This document shows positions 10,344-24,612 of a stretch of DNA of 64,000 nucleotides, one piece after another. The notes beneath the pieces are model-generated. The model did no database searches and had not been told where the DNA came from. It worked only from the letters and a program-made list of their open reading frames with translations. This DNA is from Octopus vulgaris (taxonomy: Eukaryota): positions 218,240,001 through 218,304,000 of the forward strand of contig OX597814.1 in the NCBI GenBank assembly GCA_951406725.2, written 5' to 3'. The first letter of the stretch is position 1. Each line of letters starts with the position of its first letter. The position numbers were made by a program, and so were the translations under genes.

Positions 10344-12370
10344 TGAGATGAAAAAGAGCCTTGACCTAGTTACAACATTCTCAAAGGATGTAGGGTTCGA
10401 ATTTGGTCAGGAAAAATGTTATTATATGGTTGTGTAAAAGGGGAAAACTATAAACCAGACTAGTAACATCTCCATCAATGATTTGACTGTTTCCCCTGCA
10501 TCTGACAAGGAATGTTACTGGTATCTAGGGGTGGATGAAAGCATATCTTACAATGGCACTCATAACAAAACACGTGTTACTAAAGAATTTTACTGCCGAA
10601 TAAAGAAAATTTGGACCTCAGAACTTTCTGCTTGCTATAAAAGTGGCCCTCAATGTATTTGCAGTACCAGTGCTCATACCAACATTTGGGCTGCTTGATT
10701 GGATGCTTGATGAGATCCGAGCCACTGATGTGAAAACCCGAAAAATACTAACAAGCACACATAATTTCCGCATGAACAGTTATGTAGACCGCCTCTACCT
10801 AAAACGAAAACAAGGTGGCAGAGGCTTAACATCGATCCAACATGCCTTTGAATGTCGTATCACATCTCTTCGGCAACATCTTTTAATCACCAAGCATAGA
10901 AATCCACCCCTTGACCAAGTTTGCATGCATAAGGCTGATAACACCATAATACTTAGAAGGCAGCTCCTTGAGCAACATCCTTTGTCTGATAACATAGAAT
11001 ACATGCCCAAAGAAGTCGCACAACTCTACCGCAACGTATCATCAGATGAAAGGATGACCCTATATGAGCAGAAGACTATGCATGGGTCTGTTAGTAGAAA
11101 GCTCCGAAATGATAGTAACATTGATCATGAAAGCAGTCTATCATGGACCAATAACCTGATTAGTACCTCCCACTTTAAAGGGTATGCGTTTTCAATCCAG
11201 GAATAGGAAATATCAACCAAATAGCTGATGCACAAAAGGGATAGAGATGCAGGAAAAGCAGTAAAATGTGACAACCGATGCAGACTTTGTGGAGTTAACA
11301 CCGAAGATATCACCCACATCATTAGCAGTTGTCCGAAAATGTCATCACGGTATTATCTACCGATGAGACATGACATTGTAGCTCGGACACTCTTTAATGA
11401 AATCCGTTAGGAGAATAACCCGAGGACAAAAAAATAAAAACCCACAGTATGGTGGAAGCTATAGCCACTCATAATAAAAAGGAATATTTGTGGAATGTCC
11501 CAGTGAAGACCCCAATAAAATGTAAGCACAACAGACCTGATATAATGATTTGAAATAGAGAAGAGAAACTGTACATTTGTGGAAATTACCTGCCCAGCTT
11601 ATGTTAATAATATAAAGCTGAAGATCAGTGAAAAAGAGATTACTTACACTGAACTGTTGAGAAATCTGCAGTTACTCTATCCAGATTACAAGTTCAAGTT
11701 TAGACCTGTAATTATTAGGGCCCTGGTATATGTGACACGCTGCCTAAATACCAATCTTGAGAAATTAGACTTCTCAAAACCAGAAAGGAGAAAACTAATT
11801 CGAAACCTACAGAACCAATCCGTCACTGCAACTGTAAAGAGCTGTAAAACTTTCCAGAAGTTTAGCATTTAAATATTTATGAGCATGTCTAGATATGCAA
11901 CTATATGCATGAAAATATATACATATTTAGGCAGCGTGTCACATGCTCATAAATATTTAAATGCTAAACTTCTGGAAAGTTTTACAGCTCTTTACAGTTG
12001 CAGTGACGGATTGGTTCTGTAGGTTTCGAATTAGTTTTCTCCTTTCTGATTTTGAGAAGTCTAATTTCTCAAGATTGGTATTTAGGCAGCGTGTCACATA
12101 TACCAGGGCCCTAATAATTACAGGTCTAAACTTGAACTTGTAATCTGGATAGAGTAACTGCAGATTTCTCAACAGTTCAGTGTAAGTACAAATCTGCGCA
12201 TATAGATACATACATACATACACACATACATATACATACATACAAAAATACCCTACTGTTGATGCTGAAATTCCAATGAAGGAGCCTTGGATCTAGGTTA
12301 GAAACCGGTCTTTCTCTATTCGCAAAAAATCTTGAAATAAAACTGAACAATGACGTACATCTACACATAC
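10344..12370 (+). mobile_element. 5'-truncated R4/Dong-type (restriction-like endonuclease) non-LTR retrotransposon in (TACA)n
   Basis: RT C-terminus VDRLYLKRKQGGRGL, CCHC knuckle CRLC...HIISSCP, RHD, NRPDIMI and EITCP motifs; several stops; TACA repeats on both sides. Confidence 0.85.
11941..12188 (-). repeat. Inverted duplication of 11641-11888 inside the R4-type element
   Basis: ORF 11957-12241(-) repeats YTELLRNLQLLYPDY...FQKFSI from ORF 11579-11872(+) almost exactly. Confidence 0.92.
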
Positions 12371-12381
12371 ATTTATACATA

Positions 12382-12602
12382 CTGTAATCCCTCGCCATAT
12401 TGCGGTTCACCTATCGCAGTTCATTATTTAGGCTTACGGCGATTCCTCTGTGGCGTTGTTTTGCATTTATAATAAAATTGATACATACAAATTATAAAAA
12501 TAATATAATAAATATACAGCACAGTACTGCTTCTACGTTGCAGACTTACGCCTATCGCGGGGTTTTTGGAATGTAACACCTCCGATACTCGAGGGATTAA
12601 GC
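12382..12602. mobile_element. Small MITE (pogo/Tigger-like termini)
   Basis: Termini CTGTAATCCCTCG ... CGAGGGATTA; TA on the left flank. Confidence 0.55.
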
Positions 12603-13075
12603 ATATATATACCAAATGTGAGGATAAAATTCTTTTCGAAAAAAAATATTTTCTCGAAAAGAATTTTATCAATGGCCAGCATATTAAAAAATACCTTTAA
12701 CGGTTAAATTTATAAACAATTCATAAATGAGGGCAAAGGAAAAAATTTCTAATGCCAAATATGCCGAAAAATTGGACATATTGTCCATTAGCCATATAAT
12801 TTTTTCACAGTACGCACGCTACTCGAAAAAAGGCTGACAGAAATTTCTAAAAAATTCCATTATTACCATATCGGACCGATTTCAGAGTTAGCTACTAATG
12901 GTTAATGGACATTTTTCGGCATATTTGGCATTAGAAATTTTTTCCTTTGCCCTCATTTATGAATTATATATATATATATATAAAATATTATTAGAGACAA
13001 AACCACTATTTTGCAAAACAAACAAGGAAAGACTTAATCAATACATAAAATTTTAATAAATAGTCAAAAAAACCG

Positions 13076-13118
13076 CCACTACAATCGTTTCTTGTCTTGA
13101 TCGACAATCTTCAGGTGG
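13076..13118 (-). ncRNA. Minimal type I hammerhead ribozyme (inverted pseudo-LTR copy)
   Basis: Reverse complement of 19070-19112. Confidence 0.85.
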
Positions 13119-13631
13119 ACTTCCAATCTAAAAAATCAAAATTTTAAAATATAAAAATAATAATTTTAAATAATTAAAGTATAAATGAAAAAATATAAGT
13201 ATATAATCCATATATAACCTATATATAATCCATATCGAAAATATAGACAAATTACCACGAATTCCCTAAAAAAAACCATGATAAAACAAAACTCTTAAAA
13301 ACATATAACGATAAAATCTCCCTTTGCTAAACTCTAAAACAAACCTATATAGTAATCCCCCTAACCTAAACATTCACACACAAATACACACACAGTGGCG
13401 GTTTTTTTGACTATTTATTAAAATTTTATGTATTGATTAAGTCTTTCCTTGTTTGTTTTGCAAAATAGTGGTTTTGTCTCTAATAATATTTTATAACATT
13501 TTACTATAAAATTGGATTTAATCCTAAATCTGATTTTTTCCCTGTAAATTTGGATTTATTCCCTAATATTTATTATTTATATAATATTGATAATTTTGTA
13601 TATTGAGTGTAATACCTCAATTTCGTAAATT

Positions 13632-16147
13632 ATGGATTTTACAGGTAAGATAGAACCGCTGTTTTGGGATTCATCTTTGAAAGATATTCCTATTCCTTCT
13701 AGAAAGGAATTTATCTTGAAACTTGTTAATAATGTTAAAGATTTTATTTCTAGAATTAAATGGAAAGCTTTTTACTATAATTTTTATTTATTTAATGATA
13801 TTGATAGTAGGAATGATAATTTTACCTCTAAATTTAAATCTAGAAAGGAACCTCCATTTAATAAAGAATTACAATTACTTGAAGATAGTATATGGAAGGT
13901 GGTAAAAAATATTGAATTCCATAAATACCCAAATAGAAATAATGAATATTTAAGGAATTTAGCAATTAAAATTAAAGATATGAGAAATATGGATGGTATT
14001 ATAGTACAATCTGATAAAACAAGGAACTTATATAAATTAGATGTTAATTTATATGATAAACTATTAGGGAAAGAAATAATTAAAAAATATAAAATTGTTC
14101 CAGATGAAATTCTTTATAATATTAATAAGGCCTCTAAAGTAGTAATGTTAAAATATGAGTTGGATAATAAAACTGAACCTTATGTACCTCTGCACCCCAG
14201 AATTACTCTTAAAGACCATAAAGATAATTTTTATTCAGACCCTAAAGTTAGATTAATTTGCCCATGTAAATCGGACCTAGGTAAATTAAGTAAATTTATT
14301 TTAGATAAATATATTGATAAGTTAAATAAACTTAATTATTTAAAATTATGGTTTAGTAATAATAATACATTGAAATGGTTTAATAATATTAAAGATAAAA
14401 ATCGTTATAAATTTATTCAAATAGATATAGATAATTATTATTCTTCTATTAATGAAATTGTGTTTAATAAAGCGCTTATTTTCGCAATGAATAAAATGGG
14501 CATGTCACGGGAAGAAGTTAATGTAATTAAAATGGCTAGGAAATCGCTAATTAAATATAAAAATAAATTATGGGCTAGGAATGATACTAGAGATTGTTTT
14601 GATATACCTATGGGAGCACCAGATTCTGCACAGGCTACTGATTTAGTAGGTATTTTTCTTTTATCTGAACTCCAATTAGAAAATCTTAAGATAGAGGGTG
14701 GTTTATATAGAGACGATCTTCTACTAATTACAAAGAATTGTACTAATAGGAATCTAGAAGTATATAAGAAAAAACTATATAGTTTCTTTAAAAGATATGG
14801 TTTACGTATTACTATTTATAAGGAGAATTATAATGTTAATTATTTAGATGTTAATTTTAATCTTATTACAGGTAAAACACAACCATATCATAAACTTAAT
14901 GAGAACCTTAGATATATAAATGTTAATAGTAATCACCCATTTTCTATTAAAAAATCGTTGATTAATAATATAAGTAAACGTATTTCATTACTCTCTTATG
15001 ATATAGAGATTTTTAATAAACATGCTAATTATTATAATGAGCCCTTAGAGGGGCAGGTTATAATAGGAATATTAAATTTTATAATATTAGCGATAAAGAT
15101 TTAATTGTTAATTTTCGAGATACTTCTAATAATAATTTTAATTTTGTTAGGTTTAGTGGTAAAAATAATAGATATTATAAAAAAAATAATAAAAATGATA
15201 AAAATATAAATAAGAATAATAATAATAATAATAAATATAATAATAATAATATAAATAAGAATAATATAAATAAAAATAAATTTAATAATTATTATAATAA
15301 TTATATTGATAAATTTAATAATATTAATAATTCCTTAAATGCTGTACATAGATATAATTCTGATAATAATTTTAATAAAATAAAGAATTATAAATATATT
15401 TATAATAATGATAATAATAATAAGGTTAATAAGAATAAAATTTGGTTAATAGTTCCTTATGGAGATCAAGTAAAAACGAATATTATTAAAGAGATTTTAG
15501 ATGTTATAGAACTATTTATTAGAGATAATCGTAAATATAGAAACATTTTCTCTTTTAATAATTTTGGAGTTGGTTACTCTACCACTAATAATGTTGGTAA
15601 CATTATTTCTTCATTTAATAAATATAAACTGAATAATTTTTATAAAAAGAAATTATTTGATAATAATATTAATAATGATAAGACTTATATTAATTGTACA
15701 TGTAGAGATAAATCTAATTGTATATTAAATAATAATTGTGATATTAACGATGTAGTGTATAAATGTATAGTTACATTACATGATAATAACTTTAAGAATA
15801 ATAATTACACAAAAGCGGTTTATATAGGTTCTACTTCCTCAAAAATAAAACTAAGAATCGCACAACATATGAATTCTTTTAAAAATAAAAACTTAATCAA
15901 CTCAACCGGACTTAGTAAGTACATTTGGAGTCTTAAATCACTAAATATTAATTATAGTTTAATATGGGAAATAATTTGTAAAACTAAATCATATAATATA
16001 GGAGCTAATTGTTGTTATTTATGCTCTAATGAGTTTAAAGAAATTTTATTTTATAAGTATGATAATTTACTTAATACTGGTGAAGAGCGCAAAATAAAAT
16101 GCAGACACAAGTTACTTTACCTATATAATAAGTTTCATGATAAATAG
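13632..16147 (+). CDS. Penelope-like RT-GIY-YIG polyprotein (~838 aa) with one frameshift near 15042
   Basis: SLKDIPIPS, SDKTRNLY, IDIDNYYSSI, IPMGAPDSA and GLYRDD (RT). From 15044 another frame reads LRGAGYN, an Asn-rich linker, IWLIVPY...VKTNI, CTCRDKSNC...C, VYKC...YIGST...R...H (GIY-YIG), CYLCSNE and CRH, open to 16147. Confidence 0.9.
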
Positions 16148-17366
16148 CAATAATAGTTCCCTTTTAGGTTACTTTAGTTTAGTTTAAATTAGTTTAGATA
16201 ATATATTTTTGGTTATGTTGTCTAGGCTTTAATTATAGTTAGTCTTTATTGATATTTCTTTGTTTTAATTAGTTCATTTTTAATGTATATTAATTTAACA
16301 GTTTATGGTACGTTAAAACTTTAATAATTTATATTAGATTTTTTTATTTTTTTATTTTTATTTTTATTTTATTTTATTATGTATTTTTATTTTGCATTTG
16401 TTATATGTATTGGAGGATATATTTATATGTTTTTGGGTGTTATTTAGTGGTGTTTTTATTGAGTTTTGTATGTATGTGTGAATGTTTAAGATCCCTTTGT
16501 TTTTTGTTTTTTATTTGGTATGTTGAATTGACAGATTTTATTTGGGTATTGTCTTTTATAATAAAGTACACACACCCATAACAAATATAAGTGCCCACTT
16601 CATTCGTTGTACTTGGGATTGCATGTGAGCCTCAGCATATGCACCTAACGGCCACTCCCGCCCCACATGGATAAATAAACACATACATCCCCAAAAATGG
16701 GAGTAATCCCATTCACACCAATTATATGTATACAATTATACACACTAGAATAATACATAACTAACCCAAATATACAGAACATACTAATAATCACCAACTA
16801 ACCACCATCACAAATGAAACCCACACCCATACAATGACAAAACTCCCCCCCCATACCCTATTTACACCCACATAGTAATCCCAATATATTCATCCATACA
16901 TGGACGCAAGTGCGTGAAGCACATGCACATAATTAGTACGTACAACCCCTAATACACACTAATATATACGTATCAAGCTCGACCTCCACAGCGATACGTT
17001 TACACCCACTCACACCCAGATGGGTGAATTGCACAACCAGTGAATGCTCACACACACGGGCGCGATTACATTGTTGCATATATCGAGCCAAAATAGTATG
17101 CATATGTACATGTGAGGGGTACACGCAAATGAAGTGAGCGTGTACCCCCTGCATTTATACCCGTGCGTGAATATACACATGGAGACTACCACACAGGTAC
17201 AAATTGTTTAGAAATGGGAGCCCCATCACTACACTTAATGTATACTCTCACCCATCCGCACGGATGTGTAAGTGTATCTCCGGTGTATATGTTGAGGCTT
17301 ATATGTAGCGTTGTGGAAGGGAACGTCGTTTAAATTGTGAATGAATGGGTGGAGTTGGGAATTGTA

Positions 17367-18950
17367 ACCGGGTGGTGGACTAGCGTTGCTTGGAATTGTG
17401 AATGGATTAGTGTGGTAGTGAGGTATGCATCGAGAATAGTTATGGGTTACTGTAAGTTGTTTGTTAGAGCTGCTAGGGTGAGCTAAAGCTCATAAATGTA
17501 TATAATGATTTTCATGGTAGTTTTTAAAGAATCCATTCATAATAAATTTTTTTAAGTAGCGTTGGTTTGCTACGTGGATATAGTTTTTAGTTCCATTTAT
17601 TATATTTCTCCATTCATATTTTGAATGACGTTTACTTTCTATGGCGCGTATTCTTTTTTTACATAAGTTATTTCTATGGTAACGTAATTTTTGTTTGGTT
17701 TTTTAACGGCTAAGAATTTAATTTCACTTCATAATTTGTAACTGAATTGTAAGTATGTATTTGATTTATCCTTATGTCATATTGTTATTTTTGATATTCT
17801 GGTTAATTACGATGTATTTAATGTTGTTTTCATAGGAGTGTTTATGTATATGAGATTGGTTGTGAGTTTTTAGTTGTATAATTAATTTATTTATCTGTAT
17901 GAGTGTGGGTGTGTAAATATTGTTGTATATATCGAGTTTAGTGAGTATGTATATGCGTATATGTGAGGGAGTATATGTATCTGTTGTGTGTGTGTGTGTT
18001 TTGCGTGTGTGTGTGTTTGTGTGTGAATGTGTATTTGGGTTTGTTATTTAGGTTTTGGGATGTATGTGTTAATTTGTCTGTGTGGGAGGGAGTGGGTTTT
18101 GGTGTATTTTGAGGTTTATAAGTTAGTATAGGTTTGTGTATAAGTCTTGGGTCTGTGGTTTACGTGTGTGTATTTGTGTGTGAATGTTTAGGTTAGGGGG
18201 ATTGCTATATAAGTTTGTTATAGGGTTTAGCAAAGGGAGATTTTATCGTTATATGCTTTTATGAGTTTTGGTTTATCATGGTTTTTTTTAGGTAATTCGT
18301 GGTAATTTGTCTATTTTCGATGTTGGTTATTTTTTTACATTGTTTCATTCATAATTTTTGAGTGGTGTTCGTTTTGCCACGTGAATAACCGGGTGGTGGA
18401 CTAGCGTTGCTTGGAATTGTGAACGGAATAGTGTAGTAGTGAGGCAGGCATAGAGAATGGGATTGGGTTACTGCAAGTTGTTTGTTAGAGCTGCTAAGGT
18501 GAGTTAAAGCTCATAAATGTATTTAATGATTTTTGTGGGTGTGTAAGTATTGTTTTATATGTCGAGTTTAGTGAGTATGTATATGCGTATATGTGAGGGA
18601 GTATATGTATCTGTTGTGTGTGCGTGTTTTGCGTGTGTGTGTGTGTTTGTGTGTGAATGTGTATATGGGTTTGTTATTTAGGTTTTGGGATGTATGTGTT
18701 AATTTGTCTGTGTGGGGAGGGAGTGGGTTTTGGTGTATATTGAGGTTTATAAGTTAGTATAGGTATGTGTATAAGTCGTGGGTCTGTGGTTTACGTGTGT
18801 GTATTTGTGTGTGAATGTTTAGGTTAGGGGGATTACTATATAGGTTTGTTTTAGAGTTTAGCAAAGGGAGATTTTATCGTTATATGTTTTTAAGAGTTTT
18901 GTTTTATCATGGTTTTTTTTAGGGAATTCGTGGTAATTTGTCTATATTTT
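17367..18950 (+). repeat. Partial tandem duplications in the 3' region of the Penelope-like element
   Basis: ~17367-17510 recurs at ~18388-18530, and ~17905-18320 recurs at ~18536-18950. Confidence 0.85.
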
Positions 18951-19069
18951 CGATATGGATTATATATAGGTTATATATGGATTATATACTTATATTTTTT
19001 CATTTATACTTTAATTATTTAAAATTATTATTTTTATATTTTAAAATTTTGATTTTTTAGATTGGAAGT

Positions 19070-19112
19070 CCACCTGAAGATTGTCGATCAAGACAAGAAA
19101 CGATTGTAGTGG
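19070..19112 (+). ncRNA. Minimal type I hammerhead ribozyme in the 3' pseudo-LTR
   Basis: CCAC-CTGAAGA-TTGTC/gatcaa/GACAA-GAAA-C/gatt/G-TA^GTGG: intact core, helix I CCAC/GTGG, predicted cleavage after 19108. Confidence 0.88.
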
Positions 19113-19288
19113 CGGTTTTTTTGACTATTTATTAAAATTTTATGTATTGATTAAGTCTTTCCTTGTTTGTTTTGCAAAATAGTGGTTTTGTCTCTAATAA
19201 TATTTTATAACATTTTACTATAAAATTGGATTTAATCCTAAATCTGATTTTTTTCCCTGTAAATTTGGATTTATTCCCTAATATTTAT

Positions 19289-19398
<110 letters not shown>

Positions 19399-19626
19399 TT
19401 ATATAAATAAGGATAAGATCGTTATTTAAAACACCGATCGTATCAAGTGGCTAGCATGGGAATAAAAACCGCATAGGTATTAATTATTATCTAAAAGATA
19501 CCACCATGCTAGATATAGTAGCCAAAACTTGACTCTAAAACCACATTAAATGTAAGAACATTTTATACGGTTTTAGACTCAGATTTTGGCTGTTATATCT
19601 AGCATGGTGGTATCTTTTAGATACCC

Positions 19627-19687
<61 letters not shown>

Positions 19688-19690
<3 letters not shown>

Positions 19691-20044
19691 AGAATTCACG
19701 AAAAAATCAAAAGATGAAGACAGGTGGTGTAGAAAACAAACAGATGTATTAGTATAACGCTCAGGAATTGAAAAAGTATTTTATGTTTCGAGCCTACGCT
19801 CTTCCACAGAAAGGAACACAGAAAAAAAACAGAGAGAGAAACAAGGAGAAAAAAATGTGTGTAGTGGCTACCGATCTCTCCTTGTTTCTCTCCTTGTTTC
19901 TTTTCTGTGTACCTTTCTGTCGAAGAGCGTAGGCTCGAAACGTAAAAGACTTGTTTTATTTCTATTCCTGAGCGCCATACTAATACATTTGTTTGTTTGT
20001 ACTCCACCTGCCTTCGTCTTTTGTTTATTTTCATAAAGCTTCCC

Positions 20045-20045
<1 letters not shown>
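19688..20045. mobile_element. Inverted pair of Penelope-like terminal fragments with variant hammerheads, between (TA)n tracts
   Basis: + strand 19913-19948 cttt-CTGTCGA-agagc/gtag/gctc-GAAA-CG-TA-aaag; diverged minus-strand copy at ~19778-19813. Confidence 0.7.
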
Positions 20046-20095
<50 letters not shown>

Positions 20096-20199
20096 CTCAT
20101 TTGCATTTCTTGTCGTGAAATACACACACACACATTTGTAATTCTTTATTGATTGATAAACAACACATAACACGAGAAATTCTTGCAGAAATGTATTTT

Positions 20200-20797
<598 letters not shown>

Positions 20798-20899
20798 GTT
20801 GAACTTAAAAATAGTTTATGACTATTTAATTTTTTCCCACTAGGCCGCTGGTGGCAAAAGAATTCTACAAAATTTTTTTTGCCACCCTATATTGATTAA

Positions 20900-20940
<41 letters not shown>

Positions 20941-20943
<3 letters not shown>

Positions 20944-22050
20944 GGGTTGGACAAAATGATGGAAACACCTAGCATCATAGCATCATAATTTTGAAATATC
21001 TAAGAAACCGTCAAAAGCTTGTTTATTTTTATGTTTTTGATTTATTATTAGTGTTGCTTAATATATTTTGCTAAAATTGCTGTTTCTTTTCAGATATCAT
21101 CAGAAAAAGGTAATTTAAATTCATTAAAATGACAGAGCCATTGGACTTCCAAAGAGGTCAAATTGTTGGTGTTCGTATGTCAGACACTAGCGTAACGAAA
21201 ACAGCTGAAATGCTTCGTGTATCAAGAAGTACTGTCTCCAAAGTAAGGTCAGCCTTTGAGAAAGAGGGAAAAACCTCGGCGAAACAAAACTCCGAAAGAA
21301 AACCAAACCTTTCAGATAGAGACCATCGGACTCTTACGCGAATTGTTTGAAAGGATCACAAGTACAGCTTCCAAAATTACTGCTTCCACAAAAACTGTTC
21401 GCCGGGAGCTGCACAAAGCCTGATTTAACGGGGTGGTGGAGGCTGCAATCAGAAAACCACTACTTTCAAATACAAGCGTTGCAAAGCATTTAGAGTGGAG
21501 TAAAAACCTACAGAATTGGTCCCTAGAGCAGTGGAAGAATGTTATTTTTTCCTTTTACGCTATTTCCAATCACCGGCTGAGTATACACGTGGAAACAACC
21601 AAAAAAGGCATTTGTCTCAGATGCCTTCTTCCGACTATTAAACATGGAGGAGGATCTGTGATGATCTCGGGGGCTATATCTTGGAAATCCACCGGCCCAA
21701 TGTTTTCCCTTCATGGTAAGATTAATAGGCAAGACTATTTAAGCATTTTATCTGATCAAATTCATCCTATGGTTGCGGAACTGTTTCCGGAGGGAAACGC
21801 AATCTTTAAGGATGATAATGCACCACTTTACACAGCTAAAGTTGTTACTGAATGGCACGAGGAACATTCTAGTGAAGCTGAACATTTTGTCTGGTCATCA
21901 GAGTCCCCAAATCTCAATATTATTGAACATTTATGGTGCGTTTTAGAAAAAAAAGTAAGGAGTTGATATCCTTCACCATCGTCACTACAAGAACTGGAGA
22001 CTATTTTTGCTGAAGAATGGACAAAAATTCCTTTGGAAACAATTCAAATA
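20941..22050 (+). mobile_element. Tc1-like DNA transposon, degenerate and 3'-truncated
   Basis: TA|CAGGGGTTGGACAAAA left TIR; HTH ORF 21129-21350; catalytic ORF with KHGGGSVM, FKDDNAP and SPNLNIIEHLW. Confidence 0.9.
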
Positions 22051-22215
22051 ATAAACAACAACAACAACATCGAAAAATACCTTAGAAATGAGAACCCAGG
22101 ATGGAAATTTCCCCAAGATACCTGACGAAGGCTGGAGGGTATATCAGCCGAAACGTTGTGTTAACAACAAACAAGATGAGGACAAATATCCATCAAATGT
22201 AAATAATGTAAATAA
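22050..22215 (+). mobile_element. Hammerhead-bearing retrozyme/Penelope-like terminal fragment
   Basis: 22117-22162 gatac-CTGACGA-aggctg/gagggtatat/cagcc-GAAA-CG-TT-gtgtt: intact core with a palindromic AACGTT helix III. Confidence 0.78.
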
Positions 22216-22755
22216 TTGGCATCAGTTATAAAAGAAATTGCATGAGAAATATCTATGCCAGGCTTTTAATTGATTGAAACAAAGGACATTTTATTCAAAC
22301 TGAACAGCTCTCGCTTGTTCTGCGTTATTTTTGACAATATTACCTGAGAAGAATTTATTGGTTGTGAGCATGATGCTGAATCGTTTCTGCGGTACGTATT
22401 GTCGGCGCTAAACTATTGGTATTAACTTCTGGCTATATGTCATTCTATGTCATCATGGTGCTTCGGTCACGAGTAGAAAAGGTCGCCAATATTCAACTGA
22501 AGCTAACATAAAAGCCATGGAAGAATTTTTCTCTCTACTGTTGCAACTCTAACTGTTCATGGTTTGGCCAACCGAGTATCATCACTTCAAGCAGTTACAA
22601 GAAGTAAAAAGTTGACCAAGGCTGTATTCTTACCTCCATTAGTAAAGAGGTTATGTGCCTCCGGTCAGCAGGTCTCATGAGTCGCTTATATTAATAAGAG
22701 CATAATAGATGCGAAACCAATGGTAACTTTCTGAGCGGCCATAACCAACGATTAC

Positions 22756-22817
<62 letters not shown>

Positions 22818-22915
22818 TGTGTGCGTCTGCAGTAAATCATAAATCAGAAAGAGGAATGCTGTAAAGCTAAGCACTTTATGGACATGAAACCCAGGGTAAC
22901 CCCACAGACCGGCTA

Positions 22916-23203
<288 letters not shown>

Positions 23204-24500
23204 GTCTGTCTGTCTGTCTGTATATGTATGTATGTATGCATAAATAAAATAAATGCGCCCTTTTAAAGCCTAACCAGGTTCATGGGCCCGGTTTCCCGGT
23301 TTCTATGGCGTATGTGTTCCCCAGCTGGACGGGACGTCAGTCCATCGCAGCGTTTCTCATTTTTGCCAGCTGAGTGGATTGGAGCAACGTGAAATGAAGT
23401 GTTTTGCTCAAGAACACACTTCCGATTCGCAGATGTACTTATCGCCGAAACTACAGATCTGCTGCAGACCATGCTACAGAACTAAGCACCCATAGATTGG
23501 CAGTAGCTAAAAATGAACCACATGAAAACAAAATATACACGATCCAAAGACGTAGCACAAGGCCAGATAGAAGTGGGAAGCGATAAAATCAAGGAGGCAG
23601 ACGATTGTGTTTATTGAGACACGCAGTGAATATGCAGTGATCCGCGCGCACGCACGCATACACACACGTACACATACACATAGGCACACAAACACGCAGA
23701 TACACACACACACACATACACACACACATGCACACACACACACACACTCACACATTGATTTATGCATCATAGGCAATGTAAATATATCGTGATAGGTCAA
23801 ATTTTCACCTGAGATAACATCTCTCATGGACGGCGCTTTGTTTAAGAATACTATATGTATTGTATGTATGTATGTATGTATGTATGTATGTATGCATGCA
23901 TGTGTATATATATATGTGTGTGTGTGTATGTAAAACAAAGTGAAGTTGGGGGTTACTGCACGAGTAAAAATAGAAGGAAAAGAATCTGAAAATACAGGAG
24001 TCTTTAAAAGTATTTATTAACTAAACCGGTTTCACGTATTTAAAAAGATTTTCAAAAGTAAAGTGTGAGGTTTTGTGTATCCTCTCCGGTGTTAAAATTT
24101 AGTTTTACAAAAATGTATCCAAATCAAGTGATAGAGTCTTTGACAACGTTAAGAAAAGTTTTGAGGCTTTGTGTATCCTGTATGATGAGTCAATAAATAG
24201 TTTACTTAAAAATAGTCAGATGAGGCAATAAATTAGTTTACATGAAAATATTTCTTTATTGCCCACAGGGGGATAAACATTGTGGGGACAAACAAGGACA
24301 GACAAAGGGATTAAGTCGATTACATCGACCCCAGTCGACTGGTACTTATTTAATCGACCCCGAAAGGATGAAAGGCAAAGTAATAGAGTCTTTGACAAGG
24401 AGATAAACTGTGTATCTTTCTGTAATGAGTCAAGAAATAGTTTACGTAAAAACATTCAGATCAGCTAATGAAACTTTACATTAATAAAGCAGAAGACACA

Positions 24501-24567
<67 letters not shown>

Positions 24568-24568
24568 G

Positions 24569-24611
<43 letters not shown>

Positions 24612-24612
<1 letters not shown>

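Noticed and set aside
9806-10437. Long YIHT/YVCM ORFs (and similar YIYI, THTH, LSLS, poly-N/L/V ORFs elsewhere)
   Set aside because: Stop-free translations of microsatellites.
12255-12320. Hammerhead in the R4-type element's 3' UTR (GAAA-CCGG-TC)
   Set aside because: No convincing CUGANGA core or helix I.
13632-16147. Selenoprotein-type Naiad (in-frame UGA + SECIS), reported for some Naiads
   Set aside because: The reconstructed frame has no in-frame TGA; the cysteines use TGT/TGC.
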